Positions 7,623-18,549 are shown, numbered from the stretch's first letter. The stretch is DNA of 64,000 nucleotides from Candidatus Micrarchaeota archaeon (GCA_028867335.1 JAGWGN010000001.1:22910-86909), one strand, 5' to 3'. Numbers and translations are program-made. The notes: generated from the sequence alone by a model not told the origin.

Positions 7623-10411
7623 CAGTGGTTATTTTGAGCGAAGTATACGAGGCCTTCCTAGAGGAATTTAAGCAGTTCACAAACGTACAGGAGAGGGCGA
7701 TCAGGGTCGTAGAATCTGGAGACAACTGCATCATCACGGCGGCGACAGGAAGCGGAAAGACCGAAGCGGCGCTGCTCCCTGTTCTCAGCAACATCGTGAA
7801 GGACAGCCGGAGGCAGGGGGTCAGCGCACTTTACGTCACCCCCCTGCGGGCGCTAAACAGGGATTTGCTAAAGAGGCTCCGCAAGCTCTGCTCCAAGTTC
7901 GGGGTGCGGGTGGAGGTCAGGCATGGGGACACGACCCAGTCCGAGAGGACAAAGCAGTCCAAGAATCCTCCCGACATACTGATAACCACGCCCGAGACGA
8001 TACAGAGCATCTTCCTCACAGGGAACCTGAGAAACTCGATGCGAAACCTGAAGGCGGTGATAGTCGACGAGCTCCATGAGCTCTACTACAACAAGCGCGG
8101 GGCGCAGTTCTCTGTCGCGCTGGAGCGCCTAGTTGAGCTTGCTGGGGAATTCCAGAGGATAGGGATAAGCGCAACTGTCGGGGATATAGACACCGCAGCC
8201 TATTTTCTGTGCGCGCAGAGGCCGTGCAGCGTGGTCGACGCGCGCGGGAACAAGGAGTTCGTGATCAGCATTGTTATGCCCAGAAACCTTGAGAAGGAAT
8301 ATGCGGAGTTCTCCGAAAAATTCGGCCTTGACAAGCAGGCTCTGGCAAGAATAGAGTACATGGCAGATAGGATAAGGGGGTCTCAGGCGACACTGCTCTT
8401 TGCAAACACAAGGCAGGTGGTGGAGTCGCTTGGCAATAAGCTCATACACTTTGACGGGGTGGCGGATTTTGGGGGGATAGGGGTTCACCACGGATCGCTC
8501 GACAAGGAGGAGCGAATCGGCACGGAGAATGCGTTCAAGGAGGGCAAGATAAGGTCGATAATCGCGACAAGCTCGCTTGAGCTCGGCATCGACATAGGGA
8601 ACATTGACCTTGTGATCCAGTACGGCTCGCCGAGGCAGGTGACAAGGCTTGTGCAGCGGGTGGGAAGGGCGGGCCACAGTGAGAAGAGGGCATCGCATGG
8701 GGACATAGTGGTCGCAAGCGTGATGGACGCGCTGGAATCCGCGGCGATAGTCTCCCTCAACAAAGTGGGGATGCTCGAGAAAAGGGAGATACAGGAGAAT
8801 GCGCTTGACGTTCTTGTCAACCAGCTCAGCTCGGTCGCGCTTGAATACAAGAAACTCGACCCCGAATTCTTCTACAACATGATAAAGCGAAGCTCGTGCT
8901 ACGCAAAACTTGAGAGGAAAAGCTTTGAGGAGGCGCTTGCTTTCGCAAGCGAGCAGCGGCTAATAAGAAACGGAAAAGAGATGACCACGGCGAGCAGGAC
9001 AAGGCGCTATGTGATAGAGAAAATAAGCGTGATACCCGACTCGACGCGGTTTGTGGTGAAAAACATCTCCACAAACAAGATAATCTCGAGCCTTGACGAG
9101 AATTTTGTCTACAACAACATCGAGGAGGGAACGACATTTGTGACAAAGGGCCTGGTCTGGAGGGTTGTGAGCATCGATGAGAAGGTGATCTTTGTGGAGC
9201 CCAGCGTCGAGATTGATGCTGCGATACCGGACTGGGAGGGTGAGGACATCCCTGTATCGCATGCTGTTGCAAGCACCGCGTTTAGCTTCTTTGGAAAGCA
9301 TCGCCTGGAAGATTTAAAGTCGCTCCTGAGCCCCGGCGCCTACTCGGCGGTCCTGGCAACCATCGAGGAACAGGAGAAGCACTTCCCAATAGACGAGGAT
9401 GCGATCCACATCGAGGAAACGGACGAGAGGGCGATAATATACGTGCCGCTCGGAAAGCTTGCAAACGATTTCTTCGGAAAGATAATAAGCGCGCTCGTCT
9501 CTGCAAGCGTCGGGAGGAAGGTTCTGACAAAGTCCACGCCGTACGCAATCATCTTGGAGTATGAGGGCGCAGGGAAGCCCGCAGACATGAAGAAGGTACT
9601 AGAGGCATTCAAGCAGTACAAGCTTGAGAACCTGCTGCAGAGCAGCGAGTTCGTCTCCAGCTTCGACCTGTTCCGCTACAAGTTTGTGCAGAACGCAAAG
9701 CTCTTCGGGGTGATTGAGCGCAAGGCTACGATAACGCGCAGCACGGCGCTGAAGCTGATCGGCTTCTACAGGGATTCGCAGATATTCGAGGAGACAGTGC
9801 GGGACCTCGTGAGGAACTACTTCGACATTGAGAGTGTCAGGGAGCTGCAGAGGAAGCTGATCGACAAGCAGACAAAGGTGTTTGTCTACAAGAGCTTTGG
9901 GTCGGCGATTGCAAATGAGGTACTGCGCTCTGCGTATTTCTACAGGGAGCTGATGAACCCGCTTGCGCCGAGCAGCGAGGAGATAGACCAGTTTGCGCAG
10001 GGGCTGATGAGCAAGAGCGCGGAGCTCATCTGCACCTACTGCGGCTTTAGGTTCAAGCGAAAGCTCTCCGAGATAAAGGAGCATGAGAGGATAAGGTGCG
10101 TCTCGTGCAGGAGCCCGATGGTTGCGGTGTACGAGGAGGGATACGAACAGGGGATAGAGAGGCGAAAGAACAGCGAACGCTTTATGAAGAAGAGCGAGGT
10201 TGCGCTCTACGCGGAGGCGATAGCCAACGCAAGCCTTGTCGAGGCGTACGGGCTTCGCGCCCTGATTGCACTTGCGACCTACGGGGTGGGAAACAAGACG
10301 GCGGCCAGGATACTCAAATGGCTCAGGAAGGACACGAAGCTTTTCCTGATAGACCTGATAAACGCGCAGAAGCAGTTCATAAAGAACAAGAAGTACTGGG
10401 CGGACAGATAG
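7619..10411 (+). CDS. lhr: Lhr-like large superfamily-2 (DEAD/DEAH) helicase
   Basis: Walker A is TAATGSGKTEAA, motif II is VDELHE, and motif VI is QRVGRAGH. There is a long C-terminal Lhr-type extension ending in a zinc ribbon (CTYCG...CVSCRS). Total length is 930 aa. Confidence 0.85.
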   Translation: MTVVILSEVYEAFLEEFKQFTNVQERAIRVVESGDNCIITAATGSGKTEAALLPVLSNIVKDSRRQGVSALYVTPLRALNRDLLKRLRKLCSKFGVRVEVRHGDTTQSERTKQSKNPPDILITTPETIQSIFLTGNLRNSMRNLKAVIVDELHELYYNKRGAQFSVALERLVELAGEFQRIGISATVGDIDTAAYFLCAQRPCSVVDARGNKEFVISIVMPRNLEKEYAEFSEKFGLDKQALARIEYMADRIRGSQATLLFANTRQVVESLGNKLIHFDGVADFGGIGVHHGSLDKEERIGTENAFKEGKIRSIIATSSLELGIDIGNIDLVIQYGSPRQVTRLVQRVGRAGHSEKRASHGDIVVASVMDALESAAIVSLNKVGMLEKREIQENALDVLVNQLSSVALEYKKLDPEFFYNMIKRSSCYAKLERKSFEEALAFASEQRLIRNGKEMTTASRTRRYVIEKISVIPDSTRFVVKNISTNKIISSLDENFVYNNIEEGTTFVTKGLVWRVVSIDEKVIFVEPSVEIDAAIPDWEGEDIPVSHAVASTAFSFFGKHRLEDLKSLLSPGAYSAVLATIEEQEKHFPIDEDAIHIEETDERAIIYVPLGKLANDFFGKIISALVSASVGRKVLTKSTPYAIILEYEGAGKPADMKKVLEAFKQYKLENLLQSSEFVSSFDLFRYKFVQNAKLFGVIERKATITRSTALKLIGFYRDSQIFEETVRDLVRNYFDIESVRELQRKLIDKQTKVFVYKSFGSAIANEVLRSAYFYRELMNPLAPSSEEIDQFAQGLMSKSAELICTYCGFRFKRKLSEIKEHERIRCVSCRSPMVAVYEEGYEQGIERRKNSERFMKKSEVALYAEAIANASLVEAYGLRALIALATYGVGNKTAARILKWLRKDTKLFLIDLINAQKQFIKNKKYWADR

Positions 10412-10479
10412 GCGGCCTTTCGGGGATGAAATTAGTAGACAAAGTTTTTATATCGGCCAAGAGCTATCCCTTAGATGTT

Positions 10480-10902
10480 ATGGCCATGGAGACTGTTTCG
10501 CACAAGCACAGAGTTCTTGTAGCAAAGCTCGGGCTTGACGGCCACGACCGGGGAGCGCTGGTGCTCTGCAAGGCGTTTAGGGACGCGGGGATGGAGGTCA
10601 TCTATTCCGGATTGTTTGCGACTCCGAAGCGGATTGCGCAGATAGCCGAGGATGAGGATGTGGACATTGTGGCCCTGAGCCTGCTAAACAATGCACACAT
10701 GACACTGTTTCCGAAAGTTGTTAATGAGCTTAGGGAAAAGAAGATTGATGGGATCTTGGTTCTTGGAGGGGGAACAATCCCGGAGGAGGACAAACCGAAA
10801 CTAGAGAAAGCGGGGGTGAAGGGTAACTTCGGCTCGGGCACACCCATTCCAGAGATACTACGATTTATTGAGAAGGAGATTGCTCTGGTGAAGAGGGAGT
10901 AG
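10480..10902 (+). CDS. methylmalonyl-CoA mutase small (B12-binding) subunit
   Basis: [16 protein letters not shown] contains the DxHxxG cobalamin-binding motif, followed by a Rossmann-like remainder. TATA AAGTTTTTATATC at ~10441 places a leaderless start at ATG 10480. The track ORF from 10096 is an upstream extension overlapping the helicase. Confidence 0.8.
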   Translation: MAMETVSHKHRVLVAKLGLDGHDRGALVLCKAFRDAGMEVIYSGLFATPKRIAQIAEDEDVDIVALSLLNNAHMTLFPKVVNELREKKIDGILVLGGGTIPEEDKPKLEKAGVKGNFGSGTPIPEILRFIEKEIALVKRE

Positions 10903-13321
10903 GCTGAGAAGGGGGAGCCTCGGAGGGCTCGCTTATCACCCTTGCGTCCACGACCTTGGCGCCTGGCTCGAGCTTCATGAGCCTCACTCCTGAGGCAGAT
11001 CTTCCTGTTATCCTAATCTCGTCAACCTCGAACTTTATCGTGACTCCCTTTGAGCTTATCATTATCACCTGGGACTTTCCGTGCACAAACATTGCCTTCG
11101 CCACGGCCCCGGTCTTCTGGTTTGTCTTTATGTTGATTATTCCGCTTCCGCTCCTGTTCTGGTCCCTATACTTGCCGATCTCGGTGAGCTTGCCGTATCC
11201 GTTTTCGGTTACGCTCAGCAAAAATCCTGTCTCCTCCACTGGGATTATGTTTTCTGAGACGTCGCCGGGGCCGAGCTTTATTCCCCTAACCCCCATTGCG
11301 GCCCTTCCGAGGAACCTGATGCTGGCCTCCTCGAACTTTATCGCCTTGCCGAGCTTTGTGGTTATCGCCATGTACTTTTCCTTCGTGTAGATCTGGACGT
11401 CAGCAATGGTGTCGCTCTGGTTTAGGCTTATCGCCCTCACCCCGGTGACCCTTGGGTGGGCAAAGAGCTTTGCCATCGTCTTCTTTATCAGCCCCTTTGC
11501 GGTGAGGAAGACAATCCTTGAATTCTCAAAGTCCTTTATGCTAAGTATCGTAACTATCTTCTCGTCCTTTAGGTTGAGCAGATTGACTATGGCCTTTCCT
11601 TCTGCGTATCTGCTTGCCTCAGGAACTCTATACGCCTTGAGCCAATATACACGCCCCTTATCGGATATGCACAGCAGGTAGTCCTTGGTCTTGCATGAGA
11701 CTATCTGCTTGACAAAGTCCCCCTCCTTTAGGTTAATTGCAATAACTCCCCTGCCTCCCCTTGCCTGCTCCTTGTATGTGGCGAGCGGCATCCTCTTCAC
11801 GTAGCCGGTGTTTGTGAATATCACGGAGACCCTTTCGTCAGATATTAGGTCCTCGTCCTTTATCTCAAGTCCCTCGTCATGCTGGAGCAGCTTTGTCCTT
11901 CTCGGCCTCCCGTACTTCTCCTTTATCTCGGCGGTCTCGGCCCTTATTATCTCGTCGACCTTCTTCGGATCGGCGAGGATCTCGTTGTAGTATTTTATCT
12001 TTCCCTCGAGTTCCACTTTCTCGTCGGAGAGCGAGGTGGACTCCAACGCCGTAAGCTTGCTGAGCCTCATCTCCAGGATCGCATTTGCCTGCTTCTCGGA
12101 AAGCGAGTAGTTCTTCATGATGAGGTGCCTTGCCGCTGAGAGCTCCTTGCTCTGCTTTATGTCCTTTACTATCTGGTCTATGTTGCTTATCGCAATCACA
12201 AGGCCCTCGACAATGTGGTGCCTCTCTGTCGCGACGTTCAGCTCGAAGGCACTCCTCTTTCGGACCATCTCCCTTCTGTGTTCGATGAATGTTGTGAGCA
12301 GCTGCAGCACGTTGAAGTTCTTTAGCCTCTTGCCGACTATCGCGAGGCTTATTATCGGGAATGTGGTCTCCATCTGGGTGTGTTTGTAGAGCGAGTTCAG
12401 CACCACCTCTGGCTGAACGTCCTCCCTAAGCTCGATTACGACCCTTATGTCCTTGTCGCTCTCGTCGCGCAGGTCAGTTATGCCCACTATCTTCTTCTCC
12501 TTGACCAGGGAGGCGATGTTTTGGATGAGCGCCGACTTGTTTACGCTGTATGGAAGCTCGTGGATTATGATCTGGTTCTCCTTGTTGTCAATCTCCACCT
12601 TTGCCTTTATAGTGACCTGCCCCTTTCCGTATCTGTATCCGTTGTATGAGTTCTCGGACATGAGTGCGATTCCTCCGGTCGGGAAATCTGGACCCTTGAT
12701 TATGCCGAGGATGTCCTGCGGCGTTGCCTGCTCGTGGCCCAGCACATACTCGACCGCATCGCATACCTCGATCAAGTTGTGCGGAGGGATGCTGGTCGAC
12801 ACGCCGACCGCAATTCCGTAGGTTCCGTTGACCAGAAGGTTCGGGACCTTTGCGGGAAGCACGTCGGGCTCCTGCTCGGTGTTGTCGAAGTTCGGAATCA
12901 TCGGGACCGTTCCCTTCTCAAGGTCCGCGATCATCTCCTCGGCCAGCTTTGTGAGGCGCACCTCGGTGTATCTCATTGCTGCTGGAGGGTCTCCGTCGAC
13001 CGAACCGAAGTTACCCTGGCCCTCGACAAACGTGTGGTTTAGCGAGAAATCCTGGGCCATCCTCACAAGGGATTCGTAGACGGCAGAGTCTCCGTGAGGG
13101 TGGAACTTACCGATCACCTCTCCGACAATCCTTGCACTCTTCTTTGTGGGCTGGTTGTGCACGTTGTTGATGTTGTACATTGCGTACAGTATCCTTCTCT
13201 GCACCGGCTTGAGGCCGTCCCTGGCGTCAGGTATCGCTCGCCCTATGATTACGCTCATCGCGTAGTCAATGTAGCTTGACTGCAACTCGTCTTCCAGTTG
13301 GCGTGATTCTATTCTGCCCAT
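10865..13321 (-). CDS. gyrA: DNA gyrase subunit A
   Basis: The sequence [14 protein letters not shown]...AMRYTE carries the active-site Tyr region. C-terminal beta-pinwheel repeats are present. Length is 818 aa, with a Pro/Ser-rich acidic tail. Confidence 0.95.
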   Translation of the reverse strand: MGRIESRQLEDELQSSYIDYAMSVIIGRAIPDARDGLKPVQRRILYAMYNINNVHNQPTKKSARIVGEVIGKFHPHGDSAVYESLVRMAQDFSLNHTFVEGQGNFGSVDGDPPAAMRYTEVRLTKLAEEMIADLEKGTVPMIPNFDNTEQEPDVLPAKVPNLLVNGTYGIAVGVSTSIPPHNLIEVCDAVEYVLGHEQATPQDILGIIKGPDFPTGGIALMSENSYNGYRYGKGQVTIKAKVEIDNKENQIIIHELPYSVNKSALIQNIASLVKEKKIVGITDLRDESDKDIRVVIELREDVQPEVVLNSLYKHTQMETTFPIISLAIVGKRLKNFNVLQLLTTFIEHRREMVRKRSAFELNVATERHHIVEGLVIAISNIDQIVKDIKQSKELSAARHLIMKNYSLSEKQANAILEMRLSKLTALESTSLSDEKVELEGKIKYYNEILADPKKVDEIIRAETAEIKEKYGRPRRTKLLQHDEGLEIKDEDLISDERVSVIFTNTGYVKRMPLATYKEQARGGRGVIAINLKEGDFVKQIVSCKTKDYLLCISDKGRVYWLKAYRVPEASRYAEGKAIVNLLNLKDEKIVTILSIKDFENSRIVFLTAKGLIKKTMAKLFAHPRVTGVRAISLNQSDTIADVQIYTKEKYMAITTKLGKAIKFEEASIRFLGRAAMGVRGIKLGPGDVSENIIPVEETGFLLSVTENGYGKLTEIGKYRDQNRSGSGIINIKTNQKTGAVAKAMFVHGKSQVIMISSKGVTIKFEVDEIRITGRSASGVRLMKLEPGAKVVDARVISEPSEAPPSQPTPSSPEQSPSQ

Positions 13322-13329
13322 TTAATCAT

Positions 13330-15273
13330 CTAGATGTCCAGGAACTTTACCTCTCCGGAGTGCTCCTCGAGGAACTTCTTTCTCTTTGCAACGTCCACTC
13401 CCATGAGTATCGTGAAGAGCTCGTTTGCCTTTGCCGCATCATCCACCTTTATCTGCTTGAGGACCCTGTTCTCAGGGTCCATCGTTGTCTCCCAGAGCTG
13501 CTCGGGGTTCATCTCTCCAAGACCCTTGTACCTCTGCACCGCTGCCTTGCCCTCGTATCCCCTGAGTTTTGTTTCAAGCTCCTCGTCGCTGTAGCAATAT
13601 GCCGACTCCCTGCCTTTTGTGATCTTGTAGAGAGGCGGCTGGGCGATATAGACATATCCGTTGTCTATTACCGGCTTTAGGTACCTGTAGAGGAATGTGA
13701 GTATGAGCGTCCTGATGTGGCTTCCGTCAACGTCCGCGTCGCTCATCAGTATGATCTTCTTGTACCTTATCTTGTCGATGTTTAGCGTCTCCTTTATTCC
13801 CGTGCCGAATGCCGCGACCATGGTGTGGATTTCCGCATTGTCGAATATCCTCTCCACGCTCGCCTTCTCCACGTTGAGAATCTTTCCCTTAAGGGGAAGT
13901 ATCGCCTGGAACTGCTTGTCTCTGCCCTGCTTGCTGGATCCCCCTGCGCTCTCACCCTCTACGATGAAAATCTCCGCCTTTGCAGGGTCGCCCTCTATGC
14001 AGTCCGCAAGCTTTCCTGGAAGAGCCGAGCTCTCGAAGATGCTCCTCTTTCGGACCATCTCTCTTGCCTTCTTTGCGCTCTCCCTTGCGGCAGCGGCGTT
14101 TATCACCTTTTCGGCGATGGTCTTCGCCTCTGAAGGATGCTCTTCTAGGTACCTTGAGAGCTGGGCGTAGACGACGTTCTCCACGATTCCCTTTATCTGC
14201 ATGCTCCCCAGCTTCTCCTTTGTCTGCCCCTCGAACTCGGGGTTCGCCATGAGCACGTTGATGACCACAGTGAGCCCCTCCCGCACGTCGTCTCCTATTA
14301 TCTTCACATCGCGCTTCTCTGCGATGCGGGACTTGGTCATGTAGTTTATTATCGCCCTTGAAAATGCAGACCTGAACCCGATCACGTGGGTTCCTCCCTC
14401 CATCGTCCTGATGTTGTTCACGAAGGCCTCGATTTTCTCGTCGTAGCCCTTGTCGTACTGTATGGCGATCTCAATTGTGTTTAGCTCGACCTGCTTCTTG
14501 AAATGGATTATGGGTGTTATCGCGTCGGTTCCCTTGTTTAGGTACGCGATGAAATCTGGAAGGCCGTTTTGCGAGAAGTACTCCTGCTCGTCCTTTGGGC
14601 TCACCCTTTCGTCCACGAATATTATCCTCACCCCGGGGTTGAGGAAAGTCGTGTACCTTAGCCTATGCTTTAGTATTTCAGCGTCAAAATTCGGAGTGAC
14701 GAAAATCTCTGGGTCCGGCTTGAACTTTATCGTTGTTCCGCGCCCTGTGGTCTCCCCTACCTGCTCAAGTGAGGATGTGGGGATCCCCTTGCTGAAACTC
14801 ATCTTGTACTCCTTGCCGTTTTTCTTTACGGTAATCTCCGTGAATTCGGAAAGCGAGTTTATTACCGTGAGTCCGACGCCGTGCAGCCCTCCCGCAGTCT
14901 TGTAAACGTCGTTGTTGAACTTTCCTCCCGAGTGAAGCGAGGTCATTATCACTTCAAGCGCAGGCTTGTTGTACTTCGGCATTATGTCAATTGGTATCCC
15001 CCTGCCATCGTCGGAGAGCTCTGCGACATCACCGGTCCCGTTTGTAGAAAGAGTGATCTTGATCGTCTTGCAGTAGCCCGCCATGGCCTCGTCGACCGCG
15101 TTGTCGAGCGCCTCGTAGAGAAGATGGAGCACTCCGCCAGGGCCTGTTGACCCGATGTACATTGCGGGCCTTTTTCTTATTCCAAGAGGCCCTTCAAGTA
15201 CCGTGATTTTCGATGCGTTATACTCATCTTCCACTCCTACCATGAAAATCAAACCGGTTCCCTCAAATTTCAT
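13330..15273 (-). CDS. gyrB: DNA gyrase subunit B
   Basis: VLEGPLGIRKRPAMYIG is present, followed by GHKL ATPase, TOPRIM (EGDSAGG-like IVEGESAGGS) and PLKGKILNVE motifs. The TATA position (ccttataaacc, ~15285-15295) suggests the real start is the ATG at 15243. Confidence 0.95.
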   Translation of the reverse strand: MKFEGTGLIFMVGVEDEYNASKITVLEGPLGIRKRPAMYIGSTGPGGVLHLLYEALDNAVDEAMAGYCKTIKITLSTNGTGDVAELSDDGRGIPIDIMPKYNKPALEVIMTSLHSGGKFNNDVYKTAGGLHGVGLTVINSLSEFTEITVKKNGKEYKMSFSKGIPTSSLEQVGETTGRGTTIKFKPDPEIFVTPNFDAEILKHRLRYTTFLNPGVRIIFVDERVSPKDEQEYFSQNGLPDFIAYLNKGTDAITPIIHFKKQVELNTIEIAIQYDKGYDEKIEAFVNNIRTMEGGTHVIGFRSAFSRAIINYMTKSRIAEKRDVKIIGDDVREGLTVVINVLMANPEFEGQTKEKLGSMQIKGIVENVVYAQLSRYLEEHPSEAKTIAEKVINAAAARESAKKAREMVRKRSIFESSALPGKLADCIEGDPAKAEIFIVEGESAGGSSKQGRDKQFQAILPLKGKILNVEKASVERIFDNAEIHTMVAAFGTGIKETLNIDKIRYKKIILMSDADVDGSHIRTLILTFLYRYLKPVIDNGYVYIAQPPLYKITKGRESAYCYSDEELETKLRGYEGKAAVQRYKGLGEMNPEQLWETTMDPENRVLKQIKVDDAAKANELFTILMGVDVAKRKKFLEEHSGEVKFLDI

Positions 15274-15393
15274 TACATTTCAATCCTTATAAACCTTTTG
15301 CGGGGGGTTTGTCGTCGAAAAACGGAGTTGGAAACAGGGCGCTAAAATCAGCTCAATATAAGAAGTTTTAGAACTTAGTTATAGTGTGAGTCA

Positions 15394-16713
15394 ATGGCAA
15401 AGAAGGTGCTCATAATAGGCGCTGCGGGAAGGGATTTCCACAACTTCAACATGCTCTTCAAAGGAAGAAAGGAGTACAGGGTTGTCGCATTCACTGCTGC
15501 GCAGATACCTTTCATCGAAAATAGAAACTATCCGAAAGCGCTTGCTGGCAAGGAATATGGAGAGGGGATCCCCATATACAGCGAGGCGCTTCTAACAAAA
15601 CTTATCGTCCAGCACAAGATAGACCTTTGCGTGATGTCGTATAGCGATTTGCAGAATCAGGAAGTGATGAACAAGGCAAGCGTAGTCAATGCCGCAGGAG
15701 CTGACTTCTGGCTCGTCGCACCCGCACACACAATGCTCAGGTCGAAAAAACCGGTGATTGCCGTTTGCGCCGTTAGGACTGGAAGCGGAAAGAGCCAGGT
15801 GTCAAGACACATTGCAAGGATAATCAAAAAGCTTGGCAAGGTGCCGGTTGCTATAAGGCATCCAATGCCTTACGGGGACCTGAGGAGGCAGGCTGTCGAG
15901 AGATTTGCAACGCTAAAGGACCTTGAAAAATACAAGACGACAATTGAGGAGAGGGAGGATTACGAACCCCACATAAGAAACGATACTGTGGTTTATTCGG
16001 GAGTGGACTACGAAAAAATACTCAGGGCTGCCGAGAAGGAAGCGGACATAATCATATGGGACGGAGGGAACAATGATGCGCCGTTCATCAAGCCCGACCT
16101 CTTTATCACGGTGGCAGACCCGCTCAGGGTTGGGGACGAGCTCTCGTATTATCCGGGCCAGACTGTGGCCAGAATGGCGGATCTGCTGATTATCAACAAG
16201 GCGAACTCTGCGACGGAGCTGGAGATAGAGGACCTAAGGCAGGATCTGGAGCTGATAAACAAGAAAGCAAGGATTGTGCTTGCGAACTCTGTGATAAGCG
16301 TTGCGCATCCCGAAAGCATACGCGGAAAGAGGGTGCTTGTGATAGAGGATGGGCCTACGGTGACCCATGGAGGGATGAAATTCGGCGCCGGAACTGTTGC
16401 GGCAAAGAAGTTCGGGGCGCGGGAGATAATCAGCCCCAAGAAGTACGCTGTTGGGAACATAGCCGCGCTCTACGAGAAGTACAAGCATCTTGACAAGATC
16501 CTGCCGGCGGTGGGATACAGCAAACGTGAGATTCGTGAGCTTCAAGAGACGATAAATAGCGCCAAATGCGACATCGTGGTCTCAGGCACCCCGACTGACC
16601 TTGGCAGGATACTGAAGATCAACAAGCCGCTCATTAACGTGAAATATGAGCTGGAAGAGAGGAACCCGCATTTGAGGGATACTATTATTAATTTTGCACG
16701 AGAAAGGAAATAA
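15394..16713 (+). CDS. COG2403-type P-loop protein (cyclic 2,3-diphosphoglycerate synthetase-like / predicted GTPase)
   Basis: The N-terminus VLIIGAAGRDFHNFNMLF...VVAFTAAQIPFI and P-loop VRTGSGKSQ match, from memory, this family. Not verified by search. Confidence 0.5.
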   Translation: MAKKVLIIGAAGRDFHNFNMLFKGRKEYRVVAFTAAQIPFIENRNYPKALAGKEYGEGIPIYSEALLTKLIVQHKIDLCVMSYSDLQNQEVMNKASVVNAAGADFWLVAPAHTMLRSKKPVIAVCAVRTGSGKSQVSRHIARIIKKLGKVPVAIRHPMPYGDLRRQAVERFATLKDLEKYKTTIEEREDYEPHIRNDTVVYSGVDYEKILRAAEKEADIIIWDGGNNDAPFIKPDLFITVADPLRVGDELSYYPGQTVARMADLLIINKANSATELEIEDLRQDLELINKKARIVLANSVISVAHPESIRGKRVLVIEDGPTVTHGGMKFGAGTVAAKKFGAREIISPKKYAVGNIAALYEKYKHLDKILPAVGYSKREIRELQETINSAKCDIVVSGTPTDLGRILKINKPLINVKYELEERNPHLRDTIINFARERK

Positions 16714-16723
16714 CGCTTTTTCT

Positions 16724-16798
16724 GGGTTCGTAACTCAGCTTGGTCAGAGTGGCTGGCTCTTAACCAGCAAGCCGGGGGTTCAAATCCCCCCGAGCCCA
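16724..16798 (+). tRNA. tRNA-Lys (CTT)
   Basis: Hand-folded cloverleaf. The acceptor is GGGTTCG/CGAGCCC, the anticodon arm is GCTGG-CTCTTAA-CCAGC, and the T arm is GGGGG-TTCAAAT-CCCCC. Confidence 0.9.
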
Positions 16799-16856
16799 TT
16801 TTTTATTGAAACAAACCCTGAGGACACTATAAATAATCTAAAAAGAAAACAAATTT

Positions 16857-17195
16857 ATGGCAAAAGAAGATCTTGCAGAGTTCAGTATTCCCGTAAAATT
16901 TTACGGCCAGCGCCTTAGCGATGCAGAGAAAGAAGGCGTTTGCGCGAATCTTAGCAAAGGTGAAAAATCGGTGCTCAAGCTATTTTGGATAAGCCAAGGA
17001 TTTGTGGACGTAAAGGATATTAGAAGACATGTGAAACCAGCGCTCTCGAAAGAGCTAGATCTAATTTTAGAGAGTCTTGAAAAAAAGAAGTTGATCTATT
17101 TGGCAAATGATCTAAACCATCCAGGGAACACTTATGCGATGGTGATGCCACAGGGGTTTCAGGTTATGGGAATCCTATTCTCAAAGAGAGACTAA
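16857..17195 (+). CDS. hypothetical protein (possible winged-helix)
   Basis: 112-aa ORF downstream of TATA ACACTATAAATAATC. No clear motif. Confidence 0.45.
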   Translation: MAKEDLAEFSIPVKFYGQRLSDAEKEGVCANLSKGEKSVLKLFWISQGFVDVKDIRRHVKPALSKELDLILESLEKKKLIYLANDLNHPGNTYAMVMPQGFQVMGILFSKRD

Positions 17196-17512
17196 TCTTA
17201 TACGGCACACATTACAAAACCACAAACATTCCTGCGTATTCTGCGAAAAATGTGGTTGTTTAAATATGACTGAAGCGTTAATCTAGTATGGATAAGATGG
17301 CTTCATTCAAGGAAAATGAAGGACTAAACCTCGCAGTTAGGAGAGCATACTTTGATCACAAGTTCAGAAGCGAAAAGAGTTTTGGGCTTGGAAGCGGCGT
17401 AGGTGTCGTGATAAGGTCAACATTTGAGAGCATGAAAGGCAGATTTAGATAAGATATAAATATGATTGATGCGTAATATTAGAGAAATACTATTTCTCTA
17501 CCGGTGATTTTC

Positions 17513-18262
17513 ATGAAAAACAACAAAAAAGCGACCAAAAAAGCTGCTTACAAGAATGCTTCAGCGAAGAAATCTGCCGCAAGGCATGTTTCCTCAAAGA
17601 AGGTCATTAGAAAGGCTGCAAAGGCGCAGAGAAAACAGTCGAAGTCGATGAAGAAGGTAAAGTCCCTGCCGAAGAGGGTCGCAAAGATGCAGACGAAGGC
17701 GGTGGCTGCACCGAAGGAGAGGAGGGCGAAGGAGGTCATTGACTTTAGGGCGGCGAACTTTGCGGACGAGGCGCTGATCAAGACGGTGATCGGAGAGCCC
17801 CACTTCACAAACCACGTTTCAAGGAGCGTCGGCAAGAGGGCAGGCGAGATAATCCAGCTGCTTGCAACGCCTCAGACTGATGATGCGATAGCGGAGAAGC
17901 TCGACATCAAGATAAACGAGGTGCGAAGGATGCTAAACACCCTAAACACCTACGGGGTCGCGCGCTACAACGTCAACAAGGACAGCAAGGGCTGGCTCAC
18001 ATTCAAGTGGTACATAGACGCAGGTAAGATAACCGAGATGAAGGACGACCTTGTCATGAAGAACGGCGAGGGCGCATACAAGCTCCCTGAGGGGTGCAAC
18101 GACTTCTTCATCTGCGGCAAGTGCTACAGCGAGGAGAAGACGATCTTCCCGTTCGAGAGCGCATTTGAGATGGGCTTCAAGCATGAGTGCGGAGGCGCAA
18201 TGAAGCAGGTCAACAAGATGGAGGTAGAGCAGCTAGTGATGCAGGAGGGAAAGATCCTGTAG
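17513..18262 (+). CDS. tfe: transcription factor E (TFE-alpha, TFIIE-alpha homologue) with Lys/Ala-rich N-terminal extension
   Basis: The winged-helix core is GEIIQLLATPQTDDAIAEKLDIKINEVRRMLNTLNTYGVARY. The zinc-ribbon region is FICGKCYS...HECGG. It is preceded by ~80 aa of K/A/R-rich sequence. Confidence 0.8.
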   Translation: MKNNKKATKKAAYKNASAKKSAARHVSSKKVIRKAAKAQRKQSKSMKKVKSLPKRVAKMQTKAVAAPKERRAKEVIDFRAANFADEALIKTVIGEPHFTNHVSRSVGKRAGEIIQLLATPQTDDAIAEKLDIKINEVRRMLNTLNTYGVARYNVNKDSKGWLTFKWYIDAGKITEMKDDLVMKNGEGAYKLPEGCNDFFICGKCYSEEKTIFPFESAFEMGFKHECGGAMKQVNKMEVEQLVMQEGKIL

Positions 18263-18270
18263 GTTGGTTT

Positions 18271-18423
18271 ATGGATTTGGCTACTAACAGCATAGTTTCC
18301 GTAAAGATACCGACCGATTTGAAAGTCGAGGTCTTTTCAGTACTGCGCAAAGATACCAAGTCAGGAGCAAAGTTCTTCCAGCCAATCAAAACTATATTCC
18401 CAGATAAGGACGAATTATTCTAA
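18271..18423 (+). CDS. possible small RHH-like protein (50 aa)
   Basis: My own translation is MDLATNSIVSVKIPTDLKVEVFSVLRKDTKSGAKFFQPIKTIFPDKDELF. The motif SVKIPTDLK resembles an RHH beta-strand. This is weak evidence. Confidence 0.3.
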   Translation: MDLATNSIVSVKIPTDLKVEVFSVLRKDTKSGAKFFQPIKTIFPDKDELF

Positions 18424-18474
18424 CTGCGAAGGTAAGGAAGATATTATAAGCTATTTACGTCAATACTATTTCAT

Positions 18475-18549
18475 AGCGAGGTAGGGTAGCCTGGAGTGCC
18501 CGCCGGGCTCATAACCCGGAGATCGATGGTCCAAATCCATCCCTCGCTA
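18475..18549 (+). tRNA. tRNA-Met (CAT), initiator-like
   Basis: There is an A1:U72 pair (AGCGAGG/CCTCGCT). Three G-C pairs close the anticodon stem (CCGGG-CTCATAA-CCCGG). The T loop reads TCCAAAT rather than the usual TTCAAAT. Confidence 0.8.

Noticed and set aside
8129-10084. Many minus-strand ORFs (60-190 aa) inside the Lhr helicase gene.
   Set aside because: They are antisense to a 930-aa helicase with all SF2 motifs. They are Arg/Pro/Leu-rich, which is typical of GC-rich antisense frames.
10096-10479. The N-terminal 128 aa of the track ORF 10096-10902.
   Set aside because: This part overlaps the helicase 3' end in another frame and is Arg/Gly-rich nonsense. A TATA box at ~10441 and the start of B12-domain homology place the real start at 10480.
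10865-10902. A 38-bp convergent overlap between the gyrA 3' end and the B12-binding subunit 3' end.
   Set aside because: The overlap is real in sequence but is an ordinary consequence of compact genomes. The gyrA tail is a low-complexity Pro/Ser extension. No further signal was seen.
10956-15150. Numerous 60-190-aa ORFs on the plus strand across gyrA and gyrB.
   Set aside because: They are antisense shadows of two unambiguous, motif-rich gyrase genes. Their composition is implausible, being Ser/Leu/Pro/Arg-rich.
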